From positions 1 through 55,841 of the IMG/VR virus record IMGVR_UViG_3300037339_000150: a stretch of DNA of 55,841 bases; one strand, written 5' to 3'. Of this stretch, positions 17,418 through 28,000 are shown one piece after another. The notes under the pieces were generated by a model. The model saw nothing but the letters and a program-made list of their open reading frames with translations, made no database searches and was not told the DNA's origin. This DNA comes from a virus (Duplodnaviria > Caudoviricetes). The position numbers and the translations under genes were made by a program. Within the stretch, counting starts at the first letter, position 1; every line of letters begins with the position of its first letter.

Positions 17418-20400
17418 GCGTTCCTCTTTCCCTCACCCAGTTTCTTCGGGGCCTCGCCGTCGTTCGCCCAGTGCTCCCATGCGTCGGCCACTGACTTCAG
17501 ACGCTCGAAGGTGTGCAGGCCCTTGTCGGCGTGCGAGGCGATGTACGCCGGGCTGACATAGCGCCCCGTGCCCGAAGTATAGCGGCTGATCGCCCGCTCC
17601 ATCGCCATCTCCATCGGCGTGTCCACGAAGATGACGCGTGTCCGGTATCCGTGAGCGCCAAGCGCCTTGATAATCCGCTCGGCGATGTCCCCGGTCTTCA
17701 GCATCGAGTCCAGCACCAGCGGCCTGTGCTCCTTGACTGCCTTGGTCATCACTCGCTCAAGCACGTCGTCGGCCTCGTCGGCCAGCAACGGGCTGTTCCA
17801 GCCTTCGTAGTTCGGCATCCGGCTTCGCACGTCGTCGGCGCTCAGGCGGACATACCCCCGGAACTCGTGCGCCCGGTTGTTCAGGAGGGTGGTCTTCCCG
17901 GACCCCGGCAGTCCCGCCAACAGGACGGCTTCCGGCTGGTCCTGCTTCTCGCCATACCTGAGCATCTGGTTCTCGATCCGCTTGCGCGCCCGCTTGCGGT
18001 TCCCGGCGTCCAGCGCCCTGTCCTCCTTGGAAATCGTGCCCCCCGTCAGGTCGGCTTCGGCCTTCGCCAACGCCTTACGCACGTCCTCCGGCTGGCGGGC
18101 AAGCACGTCCTGAGCCAGCCGCGCGGCTTCCTCCGTGGTGTACGCCGTACCCCAGATTCCGGTCCCGTGCAGGGCAGTAGGCAGGCCCAGCAGGTCAGCC
18201 GTGCCTTCCTGCGGGGCAGGCACGGGCCGGACGACCGGAGCAGGCTTCTGGGGTGCCTGAATCAGCCCCAACGCCTCTCCGAGGCGCTGTGCGGCGTCCT
18301 GCCAGCCCCCGGCCGGGAGGAGGCGCTTGACCAGCGGCGAGAATGACAATCCTCGGACTACCGCCTCCGCCTTCTCCCAGTCTCCGGCAAGCAGGGCCAG
18401 CGTGAAGGCCATGTGCTCGGGGTCCCGGCGGGAGAACTCGGCGGGGTTGGCGGTCAGGAATTGGAGGCCCATCGAGAACACTTCCTCGCCCGACACCGGC
18501 CCGCCCTCGTTCCTTGTATAGAACCGACCCGTATACTCCGAAATGAAGGCGTCGGGCTTGACCTGAATGTACGGGTTTCCCCGGAAGGGAATGGAGCCGT
18601 CTCCCTGCGTCCGGTAAAGCAGGAACATTTTGGCTAGATCGCCGACCTTCGGGTTGCTGTCGGAGAACGCGTGCCCGTACTCGTGCGCGACCACAGGGGG
18701 AGTGGCGTTCGAGTCGATAGCCATGTAGTTCTGGGTGCGGCAGAACCCCGAGCCCAGTAGTGGATCAGCCGCACGAATGGAGAAGTCGGCCACCTTTCTG
18801 ACCAACTCCGGGTTGGCGAAACGAGCGAGCACACCCTTGACCATGCCCACGGATTCCAAGGCCATCTGATAGCCCCCGCCCCTTCCGGCTGTTTCCCACG
18901 TCTGAGCCACTGCCCTGAGTTCGTCTTCTCTGCCGGGCATCTCGCCCTTGGACTCCCATGTTGGAACCCCGGCCTCCGAAAGCGCCACGGTCACATCCGA
19001 CAGGTCAGTGCCGAAGGCCTCCATCGCCTCCATCGCGGTGCCCGCCTTCTCGGAGATTCGGATCATGTCATCGCGGTATTGGGAAAGCACGTCCGGGTCT
19101 GGTGTGGGCTTCGCCAATTCGGCTTCCAGCCGGTCGTTGACCTCAGTCAACATCTGGACCTGATGTTCGTACTTCGGCCGCATGGCGTTGAGCGCCCTGT
19201 TCACGGGGCGGCTCTGGAACTCATCCACCACGCCGTCGTACTTCTCGGTCATCGACTGTCGCAGGGCATCCCATCGTTGCCAGTCGTCCTTCGTCATGTT
19301 CCGGTCAGTCGCAACCGTGGCCTTGATAATCCCGTCGTCCACAACCGCTTGATCCCACCCCGGCCCCGCTTCGAGGATTTCTCCATGCTCGCCAACCCCG
19401 AGTTCGCCCGAGGCCCGCTCGATTTCCTGCTCGGATAGCCACGACCTGCGGCCATCCACAATCGCCGAGCCGTCATCGAACTGCTCGACGGGTTCTGGGG
19501 TCTTATCCTGTTCGCCGATGGTCAGCTTGGGGGCAATGGAAATCGGGGCCTTGACGGCCGCTGTCCCTTCGGGCTTGAACTCCTTGGCGCTGGTGTCCTT
19601 GGTCGCCGTGCTGACCTTCTTGGGAGAGGCGTTGAAGTCGTCGGCCAGAGGGATGTCCTCCAAGAGTGATCCCCACACTCCCCCTTCTACCTGCGAAGGC
19701 CGGAGAAACAGCGTGTGGACCTCAATATCCTTCTCCGGGTCAAGGTCCCTGTCTCTCGCGGCGAAGTACGCCGCCTTCTCGGCATCGGTTTCGAGCAAAG
19801 ACCCCTTGCGCAACTCGCTCGTTGCTCCGCCAGCCTTGGGCGTTGCGTGGTAGAACTTGTAGAGGCCCTCGGGCGTCCGCTCGACGCCTTGCCTATCGAG
19901 CCATTCCCCAATGGTCTCCCTTCCAGACCGGCCCTCGTACCAAACCCGCGCCCGCTCGTCTTGCTCGCTATAGCCGCTCGGGGCGCTCCCCCCAACCTTT
20001 CCGGGTCGCCCTTCGTGCGCGAAGTGGCCGGAGCCAGCGCCGCCGCGGACCGTATAGGCGAGAACGAGTTTCGGGGGGATAGCGCGCTCAACCGAATACT
20101 CGTGAGCGTCCATGAACTTCATCAGTTCGTCGCCGTAGAGATAGAGGGAAGGAACGACCGTATCTGTCGTGAACCAATCCTCCGGCTCTGGACCCGGCTC
20201 TACTTGATGCTCCTCGCCTCCCTGAGCAACCCAGCCCCAAATCCCCGGCGTGTCGCCTTCTTCGTCTTCCTGCCACTTGTAATAGATGGCCGTTTGGTTT
20301 TCTGTCTGTCTTCCGAACTCAGCGAAGCCAACATCGTCTTTGGTCATCGCCACCATCAGCCCGTTCTTGCGAATGTCATCTCTTGTTACGTCGTGAAAGC

Positions 20401-20833
20401 CCTTCCCCATAGCGCGACCAATGCCTGCGACCATTGCCGAAAAGCAACGACGTAGACCACCGTAGGAATCTTCGGAGCCAAAGTAGGAGAACTCTGGCAA
20501 TTCGATTCCTGCATCGGCGTATTCTCCGTAGGCTTCCTGAACGAACCCGCCCGCCTGAGGGAGAACGCCAAACGCCGCGATGTCATCGCCGTAGTCCAGA
20601 AGCGTGCCATGATACAACAGCCCTCGGAACTCGCTGGCCTTTGCCGATGGAGGCATCTTCCGTTCGCCTCTCTCTCCCGAATGGAAATCCGACGGGGCGC
20701 TCCCTCCCACTTTTCCGGGTCGCCCTTCGTGCGCGAAGTGGCCGGACCCGGCTCCGCCGCGCTCGACCGCCTCAGCTTCGTCCCATTCGACATCTTCCGA
20801 GGACCATTCGACCCGACGCTTCTTCTCGGCCAT
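17414..20833 (-). CDS. Doubly tagged polyprotein: two His-type ART-like domains, metallopeptidase, zeta toxin-like P-loop kinase
   Basis: LLYHGT...GVLP; KFYHAT...AAYFA; HEYGH...YTGRFY...EVFSMGLQ...DPEH; LLAGLPGSGKTT...SADDVR...LVLDS...AMERAISR..TGRYV. Confidence 0.82.
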   Translation of the reverse strand: MAEKKRRVEWSSEDVEWDEAEAVERGGAGSGHFAHEGRPGKVGGSAPSDFHSGERGERKMPPSAKASEFRGLLYHGTLLDYGDDIAAFGVLPQAGGFVQEAYGEYADAGIELPEFSYFGSEDSYGGLRRCFSAMVAGIGRAMGKGFHDVTRDDIRKNGLMVAMTKDDVGFAEFGRQTENQTAIYYKWQEDEEGDTPGIWGWVAQGGEEHQVEPGPEPEDWFTTDTVVPSLYLYGDELMKFMDAHEYSVERAIPPKLVLAYTVRGGAGSGHFAHEGRPGKVGGSAPSGYSEQDERARVWYEGRSGRETIGEWLDRQGVERTPEGLYKFYHATPKAGGATSELRKGSLLETDAEKAAYFAARDRDLDPEKDIEVHTLFLRPSQVEGGVWGSLLEDIPLADDFNASPKKVSTATKDTSAKEFKPEGTAAVKAPISIAPKLTIGEQDKTPEPVEQFDDGSAIVDGRRSWLSEQEIERASGELGVGEHGEILEAGPGWDQAVVDDGIIKATVATDRNMTKDDWQRWDALRQSMTEKYDGVVDEFQSRPVNRALNAMRPKYEHQVQMLTEVNDRLEAELAKPTPDPDVLSQYRDDMIRISEKAGTAMEAMEAFGTDLSDVTVALSEAGVPTWESKGEMPGREDELRAVAQTWETAGRGGGYQMALESVGMVKGVLARFANPELVRKVADFSIRAADPLLGSGFCRTQNYMAIDSNATPPVVAHEYGHAFSDSNPKVGDLAKMFLLYRTQGDGSIPFRGNPYIQVKPDAFISEYTGRFYTRNEGGPVSGEEVFSMGLQFLTANPAEFSRRDPEHMAFTLALLAGDWEKAEAVVRGLSFSPLVKRLLPAGGWQDAAQRLGEALGLIQAPQKPAPVVRPVPAPQEGTADLLGLPTALHGTGIWGTAYTTEEAARLAQDVLARQPEDVRKALAKAEADLTGGTISKEDRALDAGNRKRARKRIENQMLRYGEKQDQPEAVLLAGLPGSGKTTLLNNRAHEFRGYVRLSADDVRSRMPNYEGWNSPLLADEADDVLERVMTKAVKEHRPLVLDSMLKTGDIAERIIKALGAHGYRTRVIFVDTPMEMAMERAISRYTSGTGRYVSPAYIASHADKGLHTFERLKSVADAWEHWANDGEAPKKLGEGKRNA

Positions 20834-21606
20834 TAGCGCACCACCCTCAGAACGGCCGTTCTGCCGCTTCTATCAACGGACTCTACCTTGAACCGAAGAC
20901 CGCGCTCCAAGAGCAATTCGTATTCGTTTCTCCCGCCGAAGTCGCCGCCAATGTAGTAGGCATGGACGCCAACAGGAATCTTGATGAGCAGGTGCGCATC
21001 GAATCCGCCTTCGCCCTCATGGAAATCCGGGGACAGTCGTTTCTCGACCAGTGTAGTCGAGACATACGCCTTGTCGCTGAATGTGCGTCCGGCCCTGAGT
21101 TTCTTGAAAAAGTCGGCATCCACTCCGCGGTAGGCCAAGACATTCTCCTTCAAGGGGAACATTCCCAGCATCTTGTCGAGACCCTGCACTGTATTCTTGA
21201 TGTCTGCAAGCGCCCACTTCTTGTAGCCCTTCTCGCCACTGCGTAGCCAGTCGTTCACCTGATAGTGGCCGGTGTTCGAGTAGAAGCGCAGGGATTCCCA
21301 GCCCGTGCCATCGGGGTCCCGTGTCTCGTAGTCGAAACTGCGATTCCGATTGTTCCCCCACGCGTTCGCCGACCGAAACTCATCCCATCCGAAATCCCGG
21401 TACCTTCCCGGTGCCTCATGGAAATCGGCGGGCTGACTGCCGCCGACCTCGCCGGGACGCCCCTCGTGTCCGAAGTGCCCCGATCCCGGCCCGCCACGCT
21501 CGACCAAATCCTCGTCCCACGGGTCGAACGGGAACTCCTCCCCGGTCACTGGGTCCTTGAAAATCACGTCGTCAACCATCAGGTCGCGCGGGTCTATTTG
21601 CGCCAT
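20833..21606 (-). CDS. Tagged ADP-ribosyltransferase (VIP2/exoenzyme-like)
   Basis: FYSNTGHYQVNDWLR...AYRGV...DKAYVSTT...EYELLLERG: full R-STT-ExE signature. Confidence 0.9.
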   Translation of the reverse strand: MAQIDPRDLMVDDVIFKDPVTGEEFPFDPWDEDLVERGGPGSGHFGHEGRPGEVGGSQPADFHEAPGRYRDFGWDEFRSANAWGNNRNRSFDYETRDPDGTGWESLRFYSNTGHYQVNDWLRSGEKGYKKWALADIKNTVQGLDKMLGMFPLKENVLAYRGVDADFFKKLRAGRTFSDKAYVSTTLVEKRLSPDFHEGEGGFDAHLLIKIPVGVHAYYIGGDFGGRNEYELLLERGLRFKVESVDRSGRTAVLRVVR

Positions 21607-23102
21607 ATCCCTACCTCGAACATCTTGTCCATCGCCGCCTCGACGCCCTCAAACTCGTCCCACGAGTAGTAGAGCGGTGGTTCATCCGGCATCTGGGCCT
21701 TCACCACATTCGCTTCCATCCTTTCGATGAAAGCCTTGTTCCGTTTCTGGGCTGTCGGAGACGCCTTCCTCAGCTTGCTGGTCGTATACTGCATGAAGCC
21801 GCGGGCGAAGACTTCGACCTGCCGCGATATGCGCGGGTAGTGTGCCCCCCTGATCCTCTCGGGGTATCCCGAAGCCTTGACGGCCGAGTAGTAGCTTTCC
21901 ACAGCCGGGAACTTAGCTCCATCCCCCCAGTCAAAACCGAGGTGCTCGATCATGTGCCCGACTTCGTGGACCATTGTCGCCGAGGTCTCTCCCTCACTCC
22001 GAATGTCGGTGAGATTGATGGCGATGCTGTCCGCCATTCCAGCCATGTCCGTGTAGCGACCCCACAGGCTCGTGCCTCGGGTCTCCTTGACAGGCAGAAG
22101 GCCCTCGTCGGTTGGCGAGGAGTATCGGGCCTTCCACGACTCCGGCAGGCGGATACCGGCGTCCGCCATCGCCTGAAGACCGGCGCGCACCGGGTCCCAC
22201 CGCTCTGTTCCGGGAATGGAAAAGAAGTCCTTGGTCGGCGGCATGAACTTCTTGGACTTGGCCCAGTCGCCCCGCTTCTCGCTCAGTCTTGCTCCTACCT
22301 CCCGGCCCTTCGCAAACTTCTTGTAGTAGGATGCGAACTCGGCGGCGTACATATCGGCCACCGCGTCCTTCACCTCGTCCTCTGTGCCCCACGCGTCGTT
22401 GAACTCGTGGCCCGCACGAAGCAGGTCCCTTGCCGACCAGTACATATACGATGACTGGCTCCCGGCATCCAAGTCCTTGCGGAAGAAGCGGAACCAATCT
22501 CCTCCTGCGAAGCTACTGTCGGTTGGATTGCGCCAGTAGATACTCGCGAGTTCGGCGAACTCCCTGCGCATCTTCTTCTTTCCCTCGCGTGCCAGCATCT
22601 TCAGCCAGTGGTTCGGCGCTCCTTCTGGCGTCACCTTGTCCATCCAGCCATCGCCCCATACCCACTGCTTCGGGCGAGGCAGGCGGCGCTTGTAGTCGAA
22701 TACCTCTCCGTGGGCCGCGGCCGTCGTAGCGGGGGGCTTCGGCTTCTCCGGCTCTGGCGCTTGGTCGCCCGGAAGGCTCCCGCCCCGGTGCTTCGGGATT
22801 CCCTTGTGTCCGTGGTGCCCGGACCCCGGCCCGCCTCGCTCGACCACCTCCGGCTCCGGCAACTCGTCCTCTGGCGAGGCATCCCGAATGACAATCACCA
22901 GCCCGCCCATGTCCTCGGCCACGGCGTAGGCCGGAGCCATAGCTGGTTCCGCCAGATAGGCGAACATCGTTGGGGGCTTCGTGCCCGGCGGATAGTCCCG
23001 GTTGAGGAGCGTGACAATCTCATCCCACTTGCCAGACCAGCCGGTTTCCGTATCGAAGGAGAATTGCCCTTCGGGCAGAGTGACAATCGCCTTGCTCATC
23101 AC
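21594..23102 (-). CDS. Tagged protein with N-terminal partner-like domain and C-terminal metallopeptidase/LPD1-like domain
   Basis: Tag at 22776..22838; HEVGH...EVFARGFMQY. Confidence 0.78.
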   Translation of the reverse strand: MMSKAIVTLPEGQFSFDTETGWSGKWDEIVTLLNRDYPPGTKPPTMFAYLAEPAMAPAYAVAEDMGGLVIVIRDASPEDELPEPEVVERGGPGSGHHGHKGIPKHRGGSLPGDQAPEPEKPKPPATTAAAHGEVFDYKRRLPRPKQWVWGDGWMDKVTPEGAPNHWLKMLAREGKKKMRREFAELASIYWRNPTDSSFAGGDWFRFFRKDLDAGSQSSYMYWSARDLLRAGHEFNDAWGTEDEVKDAVADMYAAEFASYYKKFAKGREVGARLSEKRGDWAKSKKFMPPTKDFFSIPGTERWDPVRAGLQAMADAGIRLPESWKARYSSPTDEGLLPVKETRGTSLWGRYTDMAGMADSIAINLTDIRSEGETSATMVHEVGHMIEHLGFDWGDGAKFPAVESYYSAVKASGYPERIRGAHYPRISRQVEVFARGFMQYTTSKLRKASPTAQKRNKAFIERMEANVVKAQMPDEPPLYYSWDEFEGVEAAMDKMFEVGIWRK

Positions 23103-25057
23103 TTTGCTCCTGCGATCATGGCGAGTGTGAAGTTGAAGTGTTCAGGGTCTTCCTCGGCGAACGCCACGGGGTTGTCGTACATCCATTGCAAGCCCATCGA
23201 CAAGACCTCCGTGGCGTAGTATTCGGCCCCGTACTTCTTCCCGGCGTAGGGGTCGCGCCAGCGATCCACGGCCGCAATCTCATGCGCCTTGAAGCCGCCG
23301 CTCCACAGCCCGCTTGAGGTCTTCAGCACACCCTGATCCCGCAGTTTCTTGGCGCGGTTCCTTGCCGCGCTCATTCTGAGGTAGGTCTCGCCCTTGTTGC
23401 GGTAGCGAAGGAAGGCCACGGCCTGAGAGTGAATGCTGTCGTTGTATTCCTCAAGCCAGTGTGCGGCCTCGTGGACGTGATACTCGACGCCCGACCCCGG
23501 CGACAGGTTGTATTGCTCGCCGCTTTGCGATCCGCGGGCCACCTTCTTGCCGTTGTAGTTCAACTGGCGGTCGGAGATTACCTCTGACGCCACCATCTTC
23601 TCAAGCCACTCTCGGGCTTCTTCGTGCCTGTCAGTGGCACGCGCCAACTCGGCCGCTCCCAAGCCGCGTCCGCCCAGCGGTTTGACAATCGTGCCCTCGA
23701 TGTTGTTGGCCTCGCTCCCAAATCCGTTCTCTACGATGAAGTCCCGAGCGAGACTCTTCTGCTCCTCTAGGCCATTCTCCCATTCCTTGCGGGCCTCCGA
23801 GGCTTCGTCCCTCGCTTGGGCAAGCCTGAACCACTCGTCCGTTTTGTGTAGCTCGTCGTCCGCCTCATTCGAGAGACGGGATAGGGTCTGGTAGGCCTCT
23901 GTGCGCTTGGCGCTCAGGGATTCGTATTCCTCGTGACTCATTCCCTCTGGGAAACTGGGGGCATCGAGAATGGCTCGCGCTTCCCGGCCTTCCGCGCTGT
24001 TGTCTGCCGCTTCGTTCAGTTCGGCCTGCTTTGCGTGGTAGACGCCCAAGGCAACCGTCTCCCGGCTTTCAGCGGTTTTCACGGCCTCTTTCAGCCCGGC
24101 CAAGCCCTCCTGCCCGCCCATCGTGTGTTCGAGAAGGGACGTGCGCAGTTTCTCGCCCTCGGTCTCGGCGTAGGCGAATGCCGCCTCGATGACATCGGCT
24201 TTCTCCACCAGCTTCTTCTCCACCTGTTGCTCGATGGCGGTGAAAGCCGCCTTCTCCTTTTTCGGGTTCCGCCATTGGTAATCCTCGGTCTTGTGCTCGG
24301 CCATCATGTCCATCAGTTCGTTGAACGCTTCCTTCTCCTTACCGTTCCCGGCGATGAACTTGGCGATGGCCGTCTTCTTGTTGCGCCCGCCGTCCCGGTC
24401 GAACAGCTTGCCCTCCAAGTCCATGTAGTTCAGGCCAGCGATCAACTCATGCAGGACGTAAAACTGCGCGTCTTCGTCGGCCATCTCGGGCAGTTTGTTT
24501 TCGTTCCAAGCCTGCTTCGAGGACAGGTTCAAAAAGTAGCGGGACGCCGCTAGGACAGACTCCCTCGCCCTGTCACTCATCTGAACCCCGCGCCCGGCTA
24601 CTTCCAAGGCGTCGCCAATCGAGCGAGCGAGGCCCAACGCATCCATCCCGTGACCCTCGACGAGGTTGGCAACATAGAACTCCTTGATGCGCTCCATCAT
24701 CGCGTCGGACTGGAAAGAGCCTTGGGCGTCAGCGCCTATGCGGTTGCCAAACGGCGAGAGCCATTCAGGACCACCTCGAATGTGCTGAAGGAGCTTGAGC
24801 GATTGCTCGGTGGACGAGAACGCGGCGGGGACGGCCACATCCTTCTGGCCTCCAACATGCGTTACCAGTTGGAGCGCAAGGTCCTCGTCGGACATTGTGC
24901 GCCACTTGCCCTTCGGCTGATCGCTGGGGGCCATGCCCTCGGGGTAGGTTTTCTGGGAGCCGCCCCGATGGCCGGGGATGCCCTTGTGCTTCTTGTGGCC
25001 CGACCCCGGACCTCCGCGAATGACCAACCTGCGGGTGAACCCCGTGATTTCAGCCAT
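23099..25057 (-). CDS. Tagged coiled-coil protein with C-terminal zincin-like metallopeptidase
   Basis: Tag at aa 14; HEAAH...YAGKKY...EVLSMGLQ...DPEHFNF. Confidence 0.8.
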   Translation of the reverse strand: MAEITGFTRRLVIRGGPGSGHKKHKGIPGHRGGSQKTYPEGMAPSDQPKGKWRTMSDEDLALQLVTHVGGQKDVAVPAAFSSTEQSLKLLQHIRGGPEWLSPFGNRIGADAQGSFQSDAMMERIKEFYVANLVEGHGMDALGLARSIGDALEVAGRGVQMSDRARESVLAASRYFLNLSSKQAWNENKLPEMADEDAQFYVLHELIAGLNYMDLEGKLFDRDGGRNKKTAIAKFIAGNGKEKEAFNELMDMMAEHKTEDYQWRNPKKEKAAFTAIEQQVEKKLVEKADVIEAAFAYAETEGEKLRTSLLEHTMGGQEGLAGLKEAVKTAESRETVALGVYHAKQAELNEAADNSAEGREARAILDAPSFPEGMSHEEYESLSAKRTEAYQTLSRLSNEADDELHKTDEWFRLAQARDEASEARKEWENGLEEQKSLARDFIVENGFGSEANNIEGTIVKPLGGRGLGAAELARATDRHEEAREWLEKMVASEVISDRQLNYNGKKVARGSQSGEQYNLSPGSGVEYHVHEAAHWLEEYNDSIHSQAVAFLRYRNKGETYLRMSAARNRAKKLRDQGVLKTSSGLWSGGFKAHEIAAVDRWRDPYAGKKYGAEYYATEVLSMGLQWMYDNPVAFAEEDPEHFNFTLAMIAGAK

Positions 25058-28000
25058 GCTTCATCCCCATGAGTTCCCGCAGAGCGCCGCCGATGGTGTC
25101 CAGCACTCGCTCAAGCACGTTGTCCTGAGAGCGCACGGCCATCGTCACGTCGTCGAGCCGAGGCTTCTTGGTAATCTGGGCGCGGACGGGGTGACGAGCC
25201 GGGTCAGTCTCGTCCAGCCAGTTCAGGGAGAGGATGTCCGGTCGGATGGTCCGCCCTTCCTCGAACGCCTCCTCGCCCTTGAGCATCGCGTAGATGGCGT
25301 TGACCGTCGAGCCTGCGGGTAGGCTGTCCAGTTCCGACTCCGGCACAGCCCGGCCCCAGAAGTTGCCAAGTCCGTCAGGCACGGTCACGTCCACCAATTG
25401 CTCGGGGGAGGCGCGCAGGGTCGTCGGCATCTCCAAGTTCGGGGCGACGAAGGCATTGGAAATCTTGTCCATCAGAACACGGGCGTTTTTGTGATCCTGT
25501 TCAGTCATCGCCAGCGCCTCAGTATCGCCGGGCATCGTGAGCATATCCGAGCCTCGCATCTCGCTGGACACTACTCGGGCCACATACTCCTGCTTGATGA
25601 GGCTCTCGCCGTAACTCCCACGGAAGATGTCTTTGAACGCCCGCGGGACCTTGACTTCCTTCCAGATTTCATCGCGCCCCGAGCCGAAGGTCGCCCAGTG
25701 TACGAACTCGTGGGTCGCCGACGCCATGACGCCTTCGGTGTCGAGCGCGCCGTCCGGCTGGATGTGCTTGCCGACATTCACAAGCACCTGCTTGGTCTCT
25801 GAGTTGTAGGAGGCAAGGGACCTACCAAAGTCCTCCCGAAGCCCTGCCTCGACTTCCCGCTTGTCCTTCTCGCCCAGCTTCGCCATTGTCTCGGCGTACA
25901 TCTCCGGGATGTTCGCCTCGACGAAGGCAACCGGATCGTCGTGGATCGTCACTCCCTCGACCTGCCCACCAAACATCTGCTTGAACTCGCGCGCCGCCCA
26001 CTCAAGCGCCGCCGAGACCGCCGGACGATACTTGCTGAAGGCTTCTGCCGTCAGGTTCACCCGGTAGCCCGGCCCGATGTGCGAGGCCACTGCCCCGACC
26101 GGCTCCCGCTTCTTGGGAGGTTCCGATTGGAAATCCTGCTTCGCTTGCTTCATCTGCTCGCCGCGATCCTTGGGCAGTCGGTCGCCCGGCGAGGAACCGC
26201 CGCGCTCGCCTTCCCGGCCTTCGTGCCCGCGATGCCCCGAGCCGGGTCCGCCACGCTTCACGAGTTCATCAGCGGCATCCGACGGGGCCTTGCCGTTCCT
26301 CGTCGCGGCCAACCAGCTTGCTCCCGCCTCTGCCGCCTCCGGCAGGCTCTCGTAGTACCCACCGCCCCATTTGTTGTACCCCTGTTCAAGAGTGAGGTTG
26401 AACCCTCCCTTGGCAGACGGCCTTATGCGCGCCTTCGCGGGATAGGATTGCGGCCATCCGGGCATGAACCCGATGCGCCGCGTACCCTCTGTGATGTCGC
26501 CGTGTTCGGTGGCGTAGATGCCGCCTCCGCCATCCGCGGCGTTGCCGAAGTAGTAATCGCCAACCTTTTGCGGTTCAAGCGTAGGCAACTTGGGGCGCGG
26601 CTTCCTCGGCCTCTTTTCCTTTACCGGCTCAGGCAGTGGTTTGCCTTGCTCGTCCCTGTGGTGCAGAGTGCGCAGTTGATCTATTTGCTTGTCGAACTCC
26701 GCCTCCGTGATGTCGCCATCTTGCAGGGCGTTTTCCAGTCCGCTTTCCTCGTAACAGTAGGCGCAGAGGTCAACATTCTCTTCCGAGAAGCCAGTGGCTC
26801 TCGTCATCTTTCCGCAGGACTTACACGGGTAGACACCAGACCCCCGCCTGAAGCGGCTGTTGTCTATCGGGGCCGAATGGAAATCGCCGGGTTGCGAGCC
26901 GCCGACCTCGCCGGGCCGTCCGGCGTGCCCGTGATGGCCCGAGCCGGGTCCGCCACGCTGGATCAGCACGCGCTGTGCCCACGCCGGGATGCCGTCATGC
27001 GAGCGCAGAGCCAGCGACTTCCCTTGGAGGGTGCTGGTGAAGTGGTTGTCGGGGAGATGGAGGAACAGCCCTTGTACCCGGTTTCCGAATCTCTGGCGAG
27101 TCGGCTCGTATGCGCCGCTTCTCTCAAACGCCATCCGCCCGTCTCTTTCCACGGTGTCCTTCGCCACCTTCACGGCTACCCTTCTCTGGGCGTCCGTTAG
27201 GCCAGCCGCGGCATTCCACGAGATGCCGACATCGGGGCCTCTCTCTCCGCCCGTCCGGGAGATGCGCAGGAAGCCCATCGCGAGGATAGCGTCCTCGCCA
27301 GTGATGTTTCCGGTCCCAGACATAGCGAAGCTCCGATCCGCCGACTGGGACGTGCGGCCCTCAACGTACTTCACCAGTTGCTCCGCGGCATCTTCCTCGG
27401 TTGACGCCAGAATCGGCGGAACATGGGAGTCCGTCCAGTTGTATTCAGGGACGATGTTCTTGGATGGGTCTAGGCCAACGGCCTCAAGAGCCTCTGGTGG
27501 AACTCTAGCGAACATATAGGACCGGGTGCCCTCACCTGACCCGATGACATCAATGGTAAACGTCGATGCCTTCCCGAAGGCCAAGGCCTCCATATACTGC
27601 TTCGCCTTCTCCTCGCTCTCGAAATGCGCGAAACGGTCGCTCCCCGCGATTTCTTGGGCGCTCCCAATCCTTGAGGAGAGCATGTCAAATCTCACCGAGC
27701 CTCGATTGCTCCGGGTGATGATCGCATACTTGCCATCCTCTTGCTTCTCGACCGTTAGGCGAATAGGGAAGGCCTCTCCGGCCATGTGCGTGATGAACTG
27801 GAACGCAAGGGTCCCGTTCTCGTCACGATCCCACCCGTCTTGTTCTGGCCCAACCGTCTCGTCGAATAGCTCGATTGCCAATTCTGAGCCATCAAAGACG
27901 GTCGTTGTTATCGGGGGCACTTCACCGGCTTCCAGCTTCGCCTGCCCCAGCTTCGTCAACGCCTCCGAGCCTGCGGCATCGTGCCCTCCCATCCCTGCGA

